The translations under genes and the position numbers were made by a program. Positions 40,793 through 53,739 of a DNA stretch of 64,000 nt are shown here, piece by piece (the stretch's first letter is position 1; the number at the start of each line of letters is the position of its first letter). The notes below the pieces were generated by a model, which worked only from the letters and a program-made list of their open reading frames with translations, had not been told where the DNA came from and searched no databases. The DNA is from Parasitella parasitica NRRL 2501 (Eukaryota > Fungi > Mucoromycota): contig MU619244.1 of assembly GCA_025201805.1 (NCBI GenBank), positions 278,373 to 342,372 of the forward strand. The letters run 5' to 3'.

Positions 40793-41945
40793 GTTTATTT
40801 TGCTGGAAAAGAAGGGAAAAAAGAGAAAATCAATTCATGCAAAAAGCTGAGTCATTTAAACAATGGTGACATTGCACATTGTACCACATATATTTTCCAT
40901 TGCTTTCCAAATTCACAAATTACTTGATTTAGACGTAATTCGTGTAATACAATAATATTCAGCTCCTTTCGACCATATATACAAGCGGCCTGAATGAGCA
41001 TGTCGTAAATCTCAATCGCGTTGAACTCAAAGTTTATTTGAGCCCATATATTCTTCTGCTTTACACTAAGCTGCTGCTCTACAACGCTGGGGTTTTTATC
41101 TAAGAAAACCAGCCGATTGAATCATCAGATGAGCAATACTATTATACCCTCTGCGACTACAGATTAAATTCAGGCACCAGTTTTCCGCCATTTTGTTGCT
41201 ATCATATGATACTTGCTTGATATCACTGAATTGAAACAGTCCAGCTATTCGTTTTTATTGATGTATATGTATGAGTTTACTCCAACAAAGTTCACTAGCA
41301 TGTTAGGATTGTGTAAATTTCAAGTTACTAAAACAGACAGTTTAATTACATCGAATAATTGCAACGATTGCAATGTTGGCAGTACAGTTTGGCCGTTTAA
41401 TTTGACGTGCTATTAACTTTGCGTCACATGCTCGAGTAAGCAGACGTTTTCCTAATGTTTTTGTCGATAATGGGGTCTATTACTTGTAAGGATGACATTG
41501 ATTCTTTATGAAAGCAAAGGCCCGAATTGAGGGTAATATGATTCGTAGAAACTGTTTTGACTGATCGTTCCCCACAACAAATGATTAATGCAGGTGCTTT
41601 CGGGATCAAATGCAACAATCTATCCCCAGCAATATGCCACGCTGCGATTTAGAATCGTCTATGCAATGTAATGTTCTATGCGTCATAAATAGCTTATATG
41701 TATACAAGAATGATGTCAATAATGGTTCATTGTTGGTCAAGCTCAAACGGTTTTATTCAGTTACATAAATCATCAATATATGTAGCTTGTCTAGTACAAC
41801 ATCTACAATGCATTGTGGAAGTTGTATTGATGACTATTGGTAGGTCTACATGCTATTGACTCAAGGAAATTTATGTCTTTACAGAATAGTATTAAAAAAA
41901 AGACCAATAGCTATTACAACATTTCGACACAATCCTACATTTACT

Positions 41946-42260
41946 ATGAAATTCTTTTTCTTGAAACTATTTGGGCTGCACTGGCCGTCTTTAAGTAATA
42001 CGATGGCTGATTCTCAACATAATAAATCAACTGTTTATAGAATTCAAGTCTGGCCAGAAGCTGCGTTCTGCTCATTTATGCCACCTCATCCTAATTATAT
42101 GCTATTAATGATGGCCGGTTGAACCAGTATTTTGATTAAGTAGGAGATAACGTGGGCGCGACAAAGAACAACGGTATGCTTTTCTGTACCAATGCGGTCA
42201 TTGGCGGGCAAGCTTTTCCGGATGGGTTCATCAGGGCTGCGCATTATTTGAATACAATAG
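41946..42260 (+). pseudogene. Fragment resembling fungal MP88/macrophage-activating-glycoprotein-like secreted protein
   Basis: FCSFMPPHP and GATKNNGMLFCTNAVIGGQAFPDGFIRAAHY match the FCxFxPP...FC...FPxGFIxxAHY pattern. No clean splice or downstream exons found. Confidence 0.4.
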
Positions 42261-43095
42261 CTTGGCTCTTTCTCGCACTGCATCTGTGCCCCCTGTTTAG
42301 CTTTGGTATAAAGTTTCGTCGACTAAATCAACAGCGCTGAATAGGTTTTTCTGAACAACAATATTCCAGTCTTTGCAAAAAAGCTGAATCTGAAGTAGGT
42401 ATTTTTTGAAACCGTTTTTATCAGTAAGTATCTTTTGCATATCGTCTAAAAGATTAACAAGAGCTATGGCTATTATTTTTCATTTTGGGATGACTTGGTC
42501 AACACCTATTCCGAAAAAGTGTAGGCATACACAACCACAACAGGAATATGTGATTGCCAAATTCTATAATTTTTGGATGTGGTTGCATATTAAGGTTTAA
42601 AGTAAGCATTTAGAAGAATTATATTTCACAAACCACTAATGCTGTGGTGGTTTCAGGTACAACAAAAAAAAAGCCTATAATTAAACTGAGTTTTGAGGTC
42701 GAGATCGTCGGTCTTGTGAGCGAAAATCTACCCTACAACTGCTTAAAAGATGTAAATGTATTAGATTCACCTATTAAAAGTTTCCTTGCAACAGGCAGAA
42801 AATGATAGCAATCTTTTCAGAATGAATTTACTTACTAGTTTATAGTGTAAATCAAAGTAAAACCTTTTGTATGCCAACTATTTCACTATTTAAGATGAGC
42901 GTCAATTTCTCATCTTCTGATTCGCGGGTAGCATTGTTGAAGGCTCTTTTGTGTGTTGTGCCTTCCGCCATCTTGGCCAATGTTTTTTCTTCATTGACTC
43001 TGCCCAAAGAATTTTTATAGATTAAGATTACACAAAAGTTTCTGCACCTTTATCTCCTTTTCCTTCTTACCACACATTGATAACTATTAGGAGAA

Positions 43096-44499
43096 ATGCC
43101 TGTCGTTGTTCCTTTTTTCTCTGGAGCAAAGCAGCTTACAATTGATTTCGCAGAATCGGTTGTCATTCTGCGGGGAGCGCCTGATGATAAGATCACCCAT
43201 GTTCTTCAAGGGGAGGTAAACATTGTTTTGACTAGACCAATGCTAGTTTCAAGAGTTGCTGTTAAATTTGTTGGCAAATCATACAGCCTGTGGCCTGAAG
43301 GTATGTGCATGCAAGAGCATTCGGTGTTCAGTAAGACTAATTCTGATATATAATTATATGTAGGTATTGGTGCCAGAAAAACCAAATTGTACCATGAAAA
43401 GACCATTCATGAACAAAATATTATTTTGCAATCATTTCTCGAGAGCCCCAAGCATGAAGGTGTACTAGAGGCTGGTGTCCATCGCTGGCCGTTCCAATTT
43501 CTACTCTCGAATCAACTAATTGAGACTATCGAAGACGACATGGCCAAAGTGTATTATTATCTGTCAGCCTCTGTGCATCGTGTTGGCATGGGCGCTACTA
43601 AACTACGTTGCCGACGAGATGTCCTTTTACTTCGCACGCCTAACTGGTCTGACAATGCTCTCACTGCCAATTCGCTGCCTACCACTTCTATTCAGTCAGA
43701 ACGCCAACTGGATGTCTGCGATGCATCTATTTGCATAGAAAAATCAAATGTATCATCTGGAACACAGTTCCCTATTTCAATTTCTTTGTCGCCTAATCGA
43801 AAGCATGTCTTTATAGAGGCTATTTCTGTCATACTGACTGAAAAGAGAGTATATCGACTTCCAGAGTTCCAAGCCCGTCGAGTAGAGTTACACGATTTCA
43901 AGGTGACACTGGCCAGTGTCGCTAGCTGCGTTGATCCAGCTCTCACATCCGCACAAGGTTTGATCCCTGAGCTTTCATTGAAAGAAATGCGCCGTGCTCT
44001 AGGGGTAAAGAATGCCCATATTCCACTAGACGAGGGGCCGTTCCAACATCGCCTTGTATTTACCTTGCCAAACTGCGTACATTTGAATCATACATCTACT
44101 TTTTCCGAAATCAGTATTCGCCACACGCTCAAAATTCACATTGAAGTAGCTGCAGACACTGATGATGGAGGACATACTCGAACCCACATACGTCTTGAAA
44201 CTCCCATCACTATCTTGGACTGCCGTCTCAAGGAAGATTACAATACCTTACCCACGTACGAAGAAGCCCTCTTACATGATTCTGTCGTTGACGAGAACGA
44301 CATGTCAGAATCGAGCACAAAGCCTACGGGCTTCTTTATGTGTCCGTGTTATTTGGAATATAAAAAGAAGAGAAAGTGCAGTGGGAAGGATTGGATGAAA
44401 ATCCGAGATGGACAGCACAACAGACCTGACGTTATTCATAGACAAGATTCAGAAGAGCTGCCACCTGCTTACAACGCTATAGACCCAAAACTCCTTTAA
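43096..44499 (+). CDS. Alpha-arrestin (ART-family ubiquitin ligase adaptor)
   Basis: ESVVILRG, LQGEVNIVL, GVHRWPFQF, IETIE, VYYYLSA, IRHTLKIHI, LETPITILDCR; PY motifs LPTY and PPAY. Intron 43301-43363. Confidence 0.9.
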
Positions 44500-45561
44500 A
44501 ATACGTGTACTATTCATAAGAACATAATTATCATCATTTGCATTCTCCTTTTTCCCTCGTATTACTTTATTATCATACTCTTTAATTTAGAAAACTAACA
44601 CAACTTTGCGTTGCGAGTATTCAGCTCCGTTGTTTTCAGCATCAAATATAAACATATATATTTAGATACTTGTTTTTTTTTTAATAAACCTCGAATACTC
44701 GATGTTTAAATCGATTCCATATCATCTGTATAACGACATTTTCGTGCGTTGCAATACTGTAACATCCCAACTTGGACCGTCTGAAATATATTCTGGAAAC
44801 CCACAAGTATATAATACCTAGAAATGTACCCTTCTTAAACGATAAACGATTCAACTGCTCAGAACTACACTATAATGGTTTCTCAGAACTTACCGTTATC
44901 TACCTGATGCATTTCTACCAAAAAAAGGGCAATGGAAAACTATTTGATACGGCTCAGGGCATTTGAATTAGTTATGTAATTTAGACCATAAAAGTCGGGA
45001 AAAGCAAGCTCATAAGAGCATCTGGCGCATATGAGTACATTTGATGTGGGCAGTATAAGAAGCAATCATGCTCTACATTTCTTAACTGTCGTTACTAATG
45101 TAACTGCTTTTATTTTTCGAATATCTTTAGTTTGTTAACTGTCGTGTAAACTATTAGAGCAGATAATATGGATGGATAGCCTTATTTAGTAATATCCAAT
45201 CCGGATAGATGCAGAAGCCATTCAACTTTAATCTAATGAATTCCTTTACAGTGTACTTTTATTCTTTTGACAACCAAAAACATCAGCTCATAATTCATAA
45301 ACTAGAGCATTACTAGACTCAGGAGAAGCAATACTTTTGACTTGGCTCGTTCAAATTTAGTAACAAATCCTATTTATTTATTTAAATAAACTTGTTTAAA
45401 AAGAGAAGCGAGGGGGGAAATAAGCAGGTATAAAAAAAACAAAACAAAAAAAGAGATTATAGAATCAAAAATATGTTGGAGACGAGATTCTGTACAAAAA
45501 AGATGGAGGAAAATCTATATAAAGGGATGCTTTTTTTGTTTCTTATTTTCGATCTTTTGTA

Positions 45562-47301
45562 TTAGAGAGCTAAACGGATTAAATCCTCCTTAGTTTTGAT
45601 TATGGCAGGTGTTTTGATAGTCTTTCCCTTGACGATTTCAGAGAGACCTTCGCCAGAGTAAGAGACTAATGGTGACAGCTCGAACTGAAGCTTTTCGAAA
45701 TCACCATCGTGCTCTACCTTACCACCAGCAGCTTCAATAAAGCGCACGTGTTGTGCTACAATATCCCTTCTTGACGTTTCGGGACAGTCAACACCTGTTC
45801 CAGGGGCATTTTTAAGGGGTGAAAATTCGTCCAGACGATCGACTTCGAGAACCGAGAAGGACTGGGCGAAAGGGAACACATCGAAAACAAAGCACTCGAG
45901 CTTCATACCAGAGTTTGATTTAGGCTCTACAAGTTCTCCATTGTCATTGATGTATTTGATCTTCTTTTTGGCAATGTGGTATTCAAGTTTGGAGGCAAAA
46001 GAGGGCACACGCTCCAAGAATTCGGTAGAGAAAAAGTGGTTAGCAATGTTGGCAGCGCGGAATGCAAGGGAGCCGTCATCTTGAAGCTGCTCAGAGAGCT
46101 CTTTAGAGATCTCAGAATACTCAACAACACCGTACTTGCCATTGCGAAGACAGACAACACCGACGGGCTCTTCAGGGGCAGCTTTGCGAACTACCTTGAC
46201 ACCACAGTCAGTCTTCTTCGAGATAGAGTAGCCGATGAATACGGGATCGGCGACACGGGCAAGACAGTTATCGACACAGTAACAGTGAGAATAAAGAATA
46301 CCGCGCTCTTTTAAGGAATCAATGACGCCTTTGTTTTGGACGGCGGCATAGATACCGCCATTGCCATCAGGAGCGACAGCAACCTTTTGGAAACAAAAAT
46401 TAGCTTGATTAAAGCTGCGCTTCTAAAATTTGCGAAATCCGTACCTTATGCTTTTGCTCCAGCATGATCTTACCGTCCATGGTTAAACAAGGAAGTGTGC
46501 CTATGTGGTATCGAAAATTTTATTTTTAGTTGATGTGGTCAACAAACAAACAAGTAGGTTCCAGTCAAATATTTATACTCTGCTCGGCGTAGCATAGCAC
46601 TAAAATTTTCCTTATTTTCCCTTCCCTGCTCCTGCTCCTGCGCTGCCCCTCCCCCTGATTTTCATTCTAAAGATGGGCTTACCTTGCTCGAAAAAGATGA
46701 CATTTTCCTTGTTGAGGCCGAAATAGCTGTTTGCTTCAAAAAAGTCCATAGTGGGGCCGTTGGTAGGGCCAGAAGTCATAATATACCAAGGAATGATGCA
46801 CTTGCTGGCCTGGCCATCTTGACTGTACTGACGCGCAATGTTTTGGAGACGCAGGATGCGTTCAGCCTGAAGTTGGAAAAGAGGCTTTTGGGAAGGCAGA
46901 TTGATATCGTAGCAGCCCTTGGGGGCTGATGAGCCCAAGCGGGAGCCCTGACCACCGGCCATGAGGATGACAGCGACTTCACCTTGGGCAATGTGAGTGA
47001 GACCGATGGTTTCCCATTCCTTGAGCTGCTCTGCGTCAGTATTGAGAACAGAGGCAAACACAGCTTCAGGCAAAGGCTCGACAGTAGCGTCCTTGTTGGC
47101 AGCAACAGCCTCAGCGCCCTCAACAGCCTTCTTGCAGATTTGATTCAGGCGCTCGACATCAAGCTCGTTGAGTTGATGTACCAGTTGAGCCTGCTGCTCG
47201 CTGTCCAATTCATGAAAGAAACGAAGGACGTGGCCTTGGCCACCTGCTTCATAGCGCTCCTTCAGAGCTTGAAATTCGGGCAAATGAGACGAGATGGTCA
47301 T
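45562..47301 (-). CDS. UAP1: UDP-N-acetylglucosamine pyrophosphorylase
   Basis: LMAGGQGSRLGSSAPKG, WYIMTSGPT, FFEQG, APDGNGGIY, YCVDN, VVEYSEI, ANIANHFF, KLECFVFDVF, EFSPLKNA, LSPLVSYSGEGL; two introns. Confidence 0.97.
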
Positions 47302-47507
47302 TTTAAACTGATTTTTTGTTTTTTTTGTGAGAAGAAGAAGAAGCAAGAAGAGGAAGTTTACAAGAAATCATGTTGCCCTATTTATAACACGTCCGTCTCC
47401 ACAGCGGGGTTGGGTTGCGCAAAACGATTAGATATACAAATGTGAAATGGGCAAAAATAGATTTGGTACGACAGACAATAATACAGAGATGTTCCGCGGT
47501 TTATAAT

Positions 47508-50500
47508 TTATTCTGCAGTAGTGATATCTAATTTTAATCTTGGAGATGTCCAAGAGTCGAAATCAGCGTCGCTATGGACGCTGCCAAACACCTTGAGCGC
47601 CCTGACCACAAGTCGGTACTCTCCAGACCTGAGCAGCCTGGGCTCGACTTCTGCTGTCGACTCCAGCGAACTGTCTTTGGGTGTGTAATCGCCTGACCAG
47701 TACCAGACATAATAAGGAACGCTGTATTCGGTGACACCATGCGTATTGCGCATCATATATCTTCGAGCATCCGTCATAGGCACGTCGCCAACGTAGCTGC
47801 CGTTTTTGTCCAAAATCTGGAGCTGGAGCAAAGCTGTGCCTGTAAGCAATCTTGTGATGACAGTAGGTCCACCAGTGGACATTTTGCTCTCTGGATAGTA
47901 GGTAACGTTGAAATGGCCAATAGAGTTATCCTTGACAATAGACTTGCCGTCAGCAAGCCCTATCGAGGGAAACTGATAGGGCGCCAGTTGCGAAGGCTGG
48001 TTAGATCTGTCTAAAACTGGGAGATCCTTCATATTACCCAGCATGCCGAAATAAGGGACCGATGCCTGTGACGAGGCAGTCGACGAGATCACGATATAGC
48101 CACCGTACAGTACATGATTTTCCATCGTAAAGACCTTGGACGGAGGCTCTATACGGACAAGGACCTTGGCTGATTCACCGGCAGCTATTGCCAACGAGGT
48201 TTTGTCAAAATGCATAGTAGCAACAGAGGACTGGTTGCCTGCATAAAGGCCAACAGGCTCAATAGGGGCAAATGATTGATTTCCTCCCCTGAGAGAATAG
48301 CCAGTGACAGTCAACGAAGGTTGGTGGGATATCCTGAAAACCAGGCTTGTCGTATGATGGTTGAAAATTGTGATTTCCTGCTGCAGCAATGATTGGGAGT
48401 GGGCTGTATCGTTTAAGCTGAGTTTGGCAGGTGATACATGGAATTGCTTAAAGCCTTGAATGGCCTGTGATACATCAACGACCCCAGCACCTTGCCGAAT
48501 AGGGGAATCACCATATTGCGAAGCGGAGATAGGCCCTCTTACTAAAGAATCGAGAGGTGTGTGTGAATGTGATAAGGTTAATATTACAAAAAATAAATTA
48601 TCGTGTGTATGTGATATGGCATGGCCCATGTACCTGTACTAGCAAAGTTCATCAGGACGTTCTTTACCAGGTCTGGACTGCAGTTTGCCCTGTTTTTGTT
48701 GTTTGCCAAGAAGAGGGCCACATTTGCAGCGACATAGGGGGCGCTGAACGATGTTCCTGATCCAAATTTATAGGATCCTTGATACCTAGGCACAGTAGAA
48801 AAAACGTTACCTCCAACTGCAACCAATTCAGGTTTTAATTGCAGTTCGTTGGTAGGACCAAGCGTAGAAAAACTTGAAATACTGTCAATGTCGCTTTCTG
48901 GTGCTTCCATAGCAACTAGGGTGTTTGTGAATCGTGCTTTGGTAGGTTGACTTTTGCTTGCTGTTATCGCTCTGTAGATTGTTTCTCCGTCGTCATTGTT
49001 GATAAATGCAGTGGGCAGTACGGCATTCTCTAGAGTCTCAAAGAGAGTTGTTGCATTTTTGGTATCGGTATACAAAACAACTGCTCTGGCCCCAGCAGAG
49101 TGAGCATGCTGGATCTTGGTTAAGCTATCGCAACCACCTTGATGAATCAGGACGATAGTATCGTTGTATTTGCTTGATTTGCCGAGTTCTTTGCACGCAT
49201 CGTTTCCTTGATTAAACTTTCTGCCCGTAGCAACGATGGAGAGGGTTTCATTCAGCACAAGAGCAGAGTTTACGAATGTACGGTATGTGATGTCGATTTG
49301 GCGTTTTTCAGGTGGGCCGATTTTGAGAATATATCCAGGGACATGACTGTTCATAGTAGAACCAACAGCAATGGCGTTTCTGCTGCTGGCAGGCGAAGCA
49401 GTGAGGAAGATGCCGCTTGCACCGCTATTGCCGCTTGCTGCAACCACTGTGTATAGTGTCGTCAAGAAACGGTCGGTTTATTGCTACATGCATAAGATGT
49501 GAGTACGTACCATGAACTCCTTTCGACACCAATCTATCTGCCATCAGCGACAGCACATCCTCTTCCCAGCCTCCGCTCAGACCAAGAGAAATGCTAATCA
49601 CATCCATTCCAGCCTATAATGCTAAAATTAAAAACAACTGTGTGATACGTCTATAATTAGTATAGCTGCTTTACCTTGTAGGCCATCTCCATCGCTTTTA
49701 GAATAACATCATTTGATGAAATAGCGCTATTGCAGCCATAGACTCTAAATCGATAGAGTTAACCCTGATGCTGTTTTCCGACATGAAAAAAAAAAAAAAA
49801 AAAAAAAACTTACTTCCACATGCCCAAAGTAGCACCAGGAGCTACGCCTGTCCAATTCTACATAAATAGTGTCAAAATCAACATATACAACACCTGCATA
49901 CTGGAAAGCATACATAAACATGATCCTCGGCGCCAATAATTCCAGATATAAATGTGCCATGTCCGGTTGCTGAAGCTGAATCAATGGTCGTATGAGATGA
50001 TAATGACAACCTTTTTCATGTGTGACATCAAATGGTCTTACTTGAATTGGCTGGACAATTATCGATAGGGTCATTGCTTTCAATAATAGAGTTTGAGGAG
50101 CCATTGTAGTTATTGCCCACCAGGTCGTAACCATAAGCTATTTTACATCCGTTGCCAAAGCAACCACCTAGCGCGGGATGAGTGTAATCCACGCCTGAAC
50201 AGTCGAGAATTACTGAAAGTTGCAAAAGCTTCATTCAACTGCTGATTTCCTTACCTGTATCTATGATGCCAATCTTAACACCAGATCCATTTGATTTCAA
50301 GTTTCTAAATTTGTCGTAGGCTTGAGTTAATAAAGGGATTGTATCCTACGTTTATGCAAATTGTCAGAATATCCATCGTTTTTCTACAATAAAAAGAAAA
50401 AGAAAAAATAAAAGAGCCCTACGTTTGCTTGAGGTATGAATCTTGTAGCCGCGACATCGCTGTTGTTACTGCCTTCAGGAACAGGTGCATGCAAACGAGT

Positions 50501-50833
50501 ACGGTGATCGATAGGCCAATAATTTTTGATTTCAGGGCTTCTCAGTAGCTTTTGTGCGATTTTCTCGTCTTTGAATTCAACAGAAACTGCTGGAAACAAT
50601 TCGCTATCAAAGTTATAACGTTGGTGGATGTAATTGGTATGGTGTTTGATAAACGAGGTGGCTTTATCTGTAGAGCTAAACTCCAAGATATAGCCGTTTT
50701 GCAGTTCTTCTGTCGCATTGACAAGTGCTGTACTACAAATGATGGTTACAAGTACCAGCAGTGAAAGTATTGATATTGACTTGTCAATGAATGTTATTGC
50801 CGTCGTCTTCTTTTTCACACTGCAAGAATACAT
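47508..50833 (-). CDS. Secreted subtilisin-like serine protease S8 with PA and Fn3-like domains, multi-exon
   Basis: Signal/prodomain; IGIIDT|GVDYTHPALGGCFG (Asp), GHGTFISG (His), ASGNSG (oxyanion Asn), PA domain, GTSFSAPYVA (Ser), QGAGVVDV, LSLNDT. Confidence 0.92.
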
Positions 50834-53739
50834 TTTGAGAGAGAAAAAGAGAAAGAAGAAAGAAGAAAGAAAAGGATATGTTTTTTTTTATTATACGAGG
50901 ATAAAAATAGGATTCTTGACTTCAAGATATCGAAAGAATAAAAAGGACGTTCGGGAGCACAAGTTCACAAATGCACATCTGCTAATTTATGAAATCTAAA
51001 AATCAAAGATGAGAGTAGAAAATCATGTCATCAACTGTTTGGTGCTCGGCTAATAAATGAACCCTTTTTAGGTGTAAGAAGCAAGAGTGTATGAGTCGAA
51101 AGCCAAGATTTTGATTTCATCAAGATTGCTGTATCTCTTTCGCAAGAATGAGTTGCCTGTTCCTCGAAACAGCTTCATTTTATTTTTAAACCTGGACAAG
51201 CTGAATAAACAAAATGTTGATCCAGCCTCTTTTTAGCCCCTCGTTTGAAACGTGTTTATATAAGAATAGTAAATTGATCACAATGAAATTAATAATACAG
51301 CATACGTCTGAAATGAATAACTGGTTCCTGCATAAAGTCTGCATGGTTTTGTCCAATAATCAATGTGTTTATAGATTCATCTAAAAGTGTAAATAATAGT
51401 GTGTCTGAGATGGTAAGATGCTTTTCAAAGGATTTAAATGGATCCATATCATTGAGAATAGCTGAATTAATCCGTAAATTGTAGCATCAAGTTTGTTTGA
51501 TTCGATTTTGGGAGCTTGTATACTATTTATTTTTAATAAAATGTACATTATCAACGTTCATAAAAAAAAATAGCGTCATTGTCTTTTTAATATCCACATT
51601 GTATCCTACAAACAGCTGAGAACGCAATTATTGACAGCCTCCTGGTAGATATGCTCAGTCACTTGACTTCCAAAGAATATCAAGAGATCTTGACAATGTA
51701 GCCAAGTTCACATTTCAAATACGATGTTTAATCCCAACGATTTTAATGATTATTACAGCGATTAATAGAGCATACATTAAGAGCAGATCAAATTACTTGT
51801 TTGATATAGCATGTCATAGTAACCTAAAACTCAAATGTTGATACCTGTCCTCGGGTATCTGTACCTCTGGATGTTCGTCTTAAAGTCTATTCCCAACAGT
51901 TGAGTAGCTTTAAGGCTTGGAAATTCTTTAGATTTCATAACCTTTCGAAAGATAATTTTGAAACTCGGTAGATGTTTTAGTGTTTGAGTATTTGGAATAC
52001 GCGCCCTTATTCAAAATGCTCTTTGCCGGCAGTTTTAGACTTGGGAGCTAAAATAACATTTTAACGAGCTTATTAATTCAAAGTGTACTACCTGCTTCTT
52101 AAAGCGTAGAAGCAAAGACATATACCATTAGTCTTGTGGTGCATCATTGCTATATAGAATTTTATTTACCAGGTATTATTGCGTGAATATTGGCCCTGTA
52201 CAATTTTTTTTAACTCTTGACGTGTCTAAATTTTTACATGGTAAATGGACTTGTATGTTTTTATGTTAAGCTCAAGTATGGATCAAGATATAGAATCCTT
52301 GACAACTAACTGTTGAGCAAATGAAAGGCACCGCTTGCAAATAAATAAAATACCCTTGTGCCAATTGAATAAATTAACTTCATTATGCAATGTAACATTT
52401 GCATAACTCGTTATAAACGTCCAAACAAAGACTATCTAGCTTTGAATCGGCGTATACATGCATGTATTGCTGTTCCGGCACTATCGATATCCTGTTACAA
52501 CCCCTATTCTGTAGTAGCTGGCATGCCAGATACATGAAAATTTTACAGTGATTTTTAAATATACGCTACTCTGTATCCGTATCTAAAAAAGCTAAGACAA
52601 TGGTTCATAAATTTATTGTGTACCATGAAGAAATATCCCTGGAAAAATAATTATTCAAGACAATTTACCACTGGATGACTAACGATTTTCACCATGAACT
52701 ATCAGTATCTATTGTCCCATAAAGAACGAGATGGGTATGGCGTGGCATGGTACGATTAGGTAATTTTTTTGTTTGCACTTATTTTCTTTTCGTTTAGTAC
52801 ATTATAGCAATTTAAACATTCTCTTTCGTAAATCTGGATTCATGAAAGTTGTCCAGATAGTGATGATTTTGTTCTTGCTTAGGAGAACAAATCTGGAAGG
52901 GGTCTAGTAAGCAAAATCATACTCACTGATCAACAGATCATCACAAAGCCTTGTTGGAGCAACGGAAAATGTATGTGCTGCTATGCTGACAGAATTCTGT
53001 GATACTCTTCATATTCCAAACGCAACTCACAATACATTGTCACCTCACCCAAGTAATCCAAAAATTTACTGATATTTGTAGTGTATCAGTTGTGTACTGT
53101 TTGCCTTGTTATCGGTAATTTGCAGCTGAAGCAGAGCATAATCGACCTGTAAAGACCTTCCTTTTTCAAAAGAAATGCCATGTATATTTTGGGCAAAACA
53201 GTATTATTATTATCAAAGGATGCTCTTCTAATTGCAGAGATAACCAAGTAAAATGTCACCCGTTACTGAATATCATGGCGAATACTATGTTTAACTGAAA
53301 AGTATCATGGATTAATCAAGGGTCTTAAGCTTTATGCATAGCTGCCAGATAGCATGAATATATATTAGCTAATTTGTATTGAGGCAACTTTCCTTATATT
53401 TTAAATTCAAGAAATACGTTTGACTTGTGTTGTTGAGATTTGCAAAATGTGAAGATATATATAGTCTTGAAATTATGGATTTTATCATGATACCACAGCT
53501 TATTCTCAATTTGCGTCAATGTGTTCATTACGAATGTCCTTTGTCAGACGAATGACATTAGTTTGGAATCGCAATCAAAGCATGTGCATGATCTGGTCTC
53601 TAAGATTTGTTCGTTAGTATTGTCGAAGAACATGCAGTGATCGAAACTGACACTGTATTCCCTAGATGACAACAGATTCCTGTTGTGGCTGTATGTTTAT
53701 TGGCACCACCAAGAAAAAAAAGCATCTCCTGAAAAGCCA

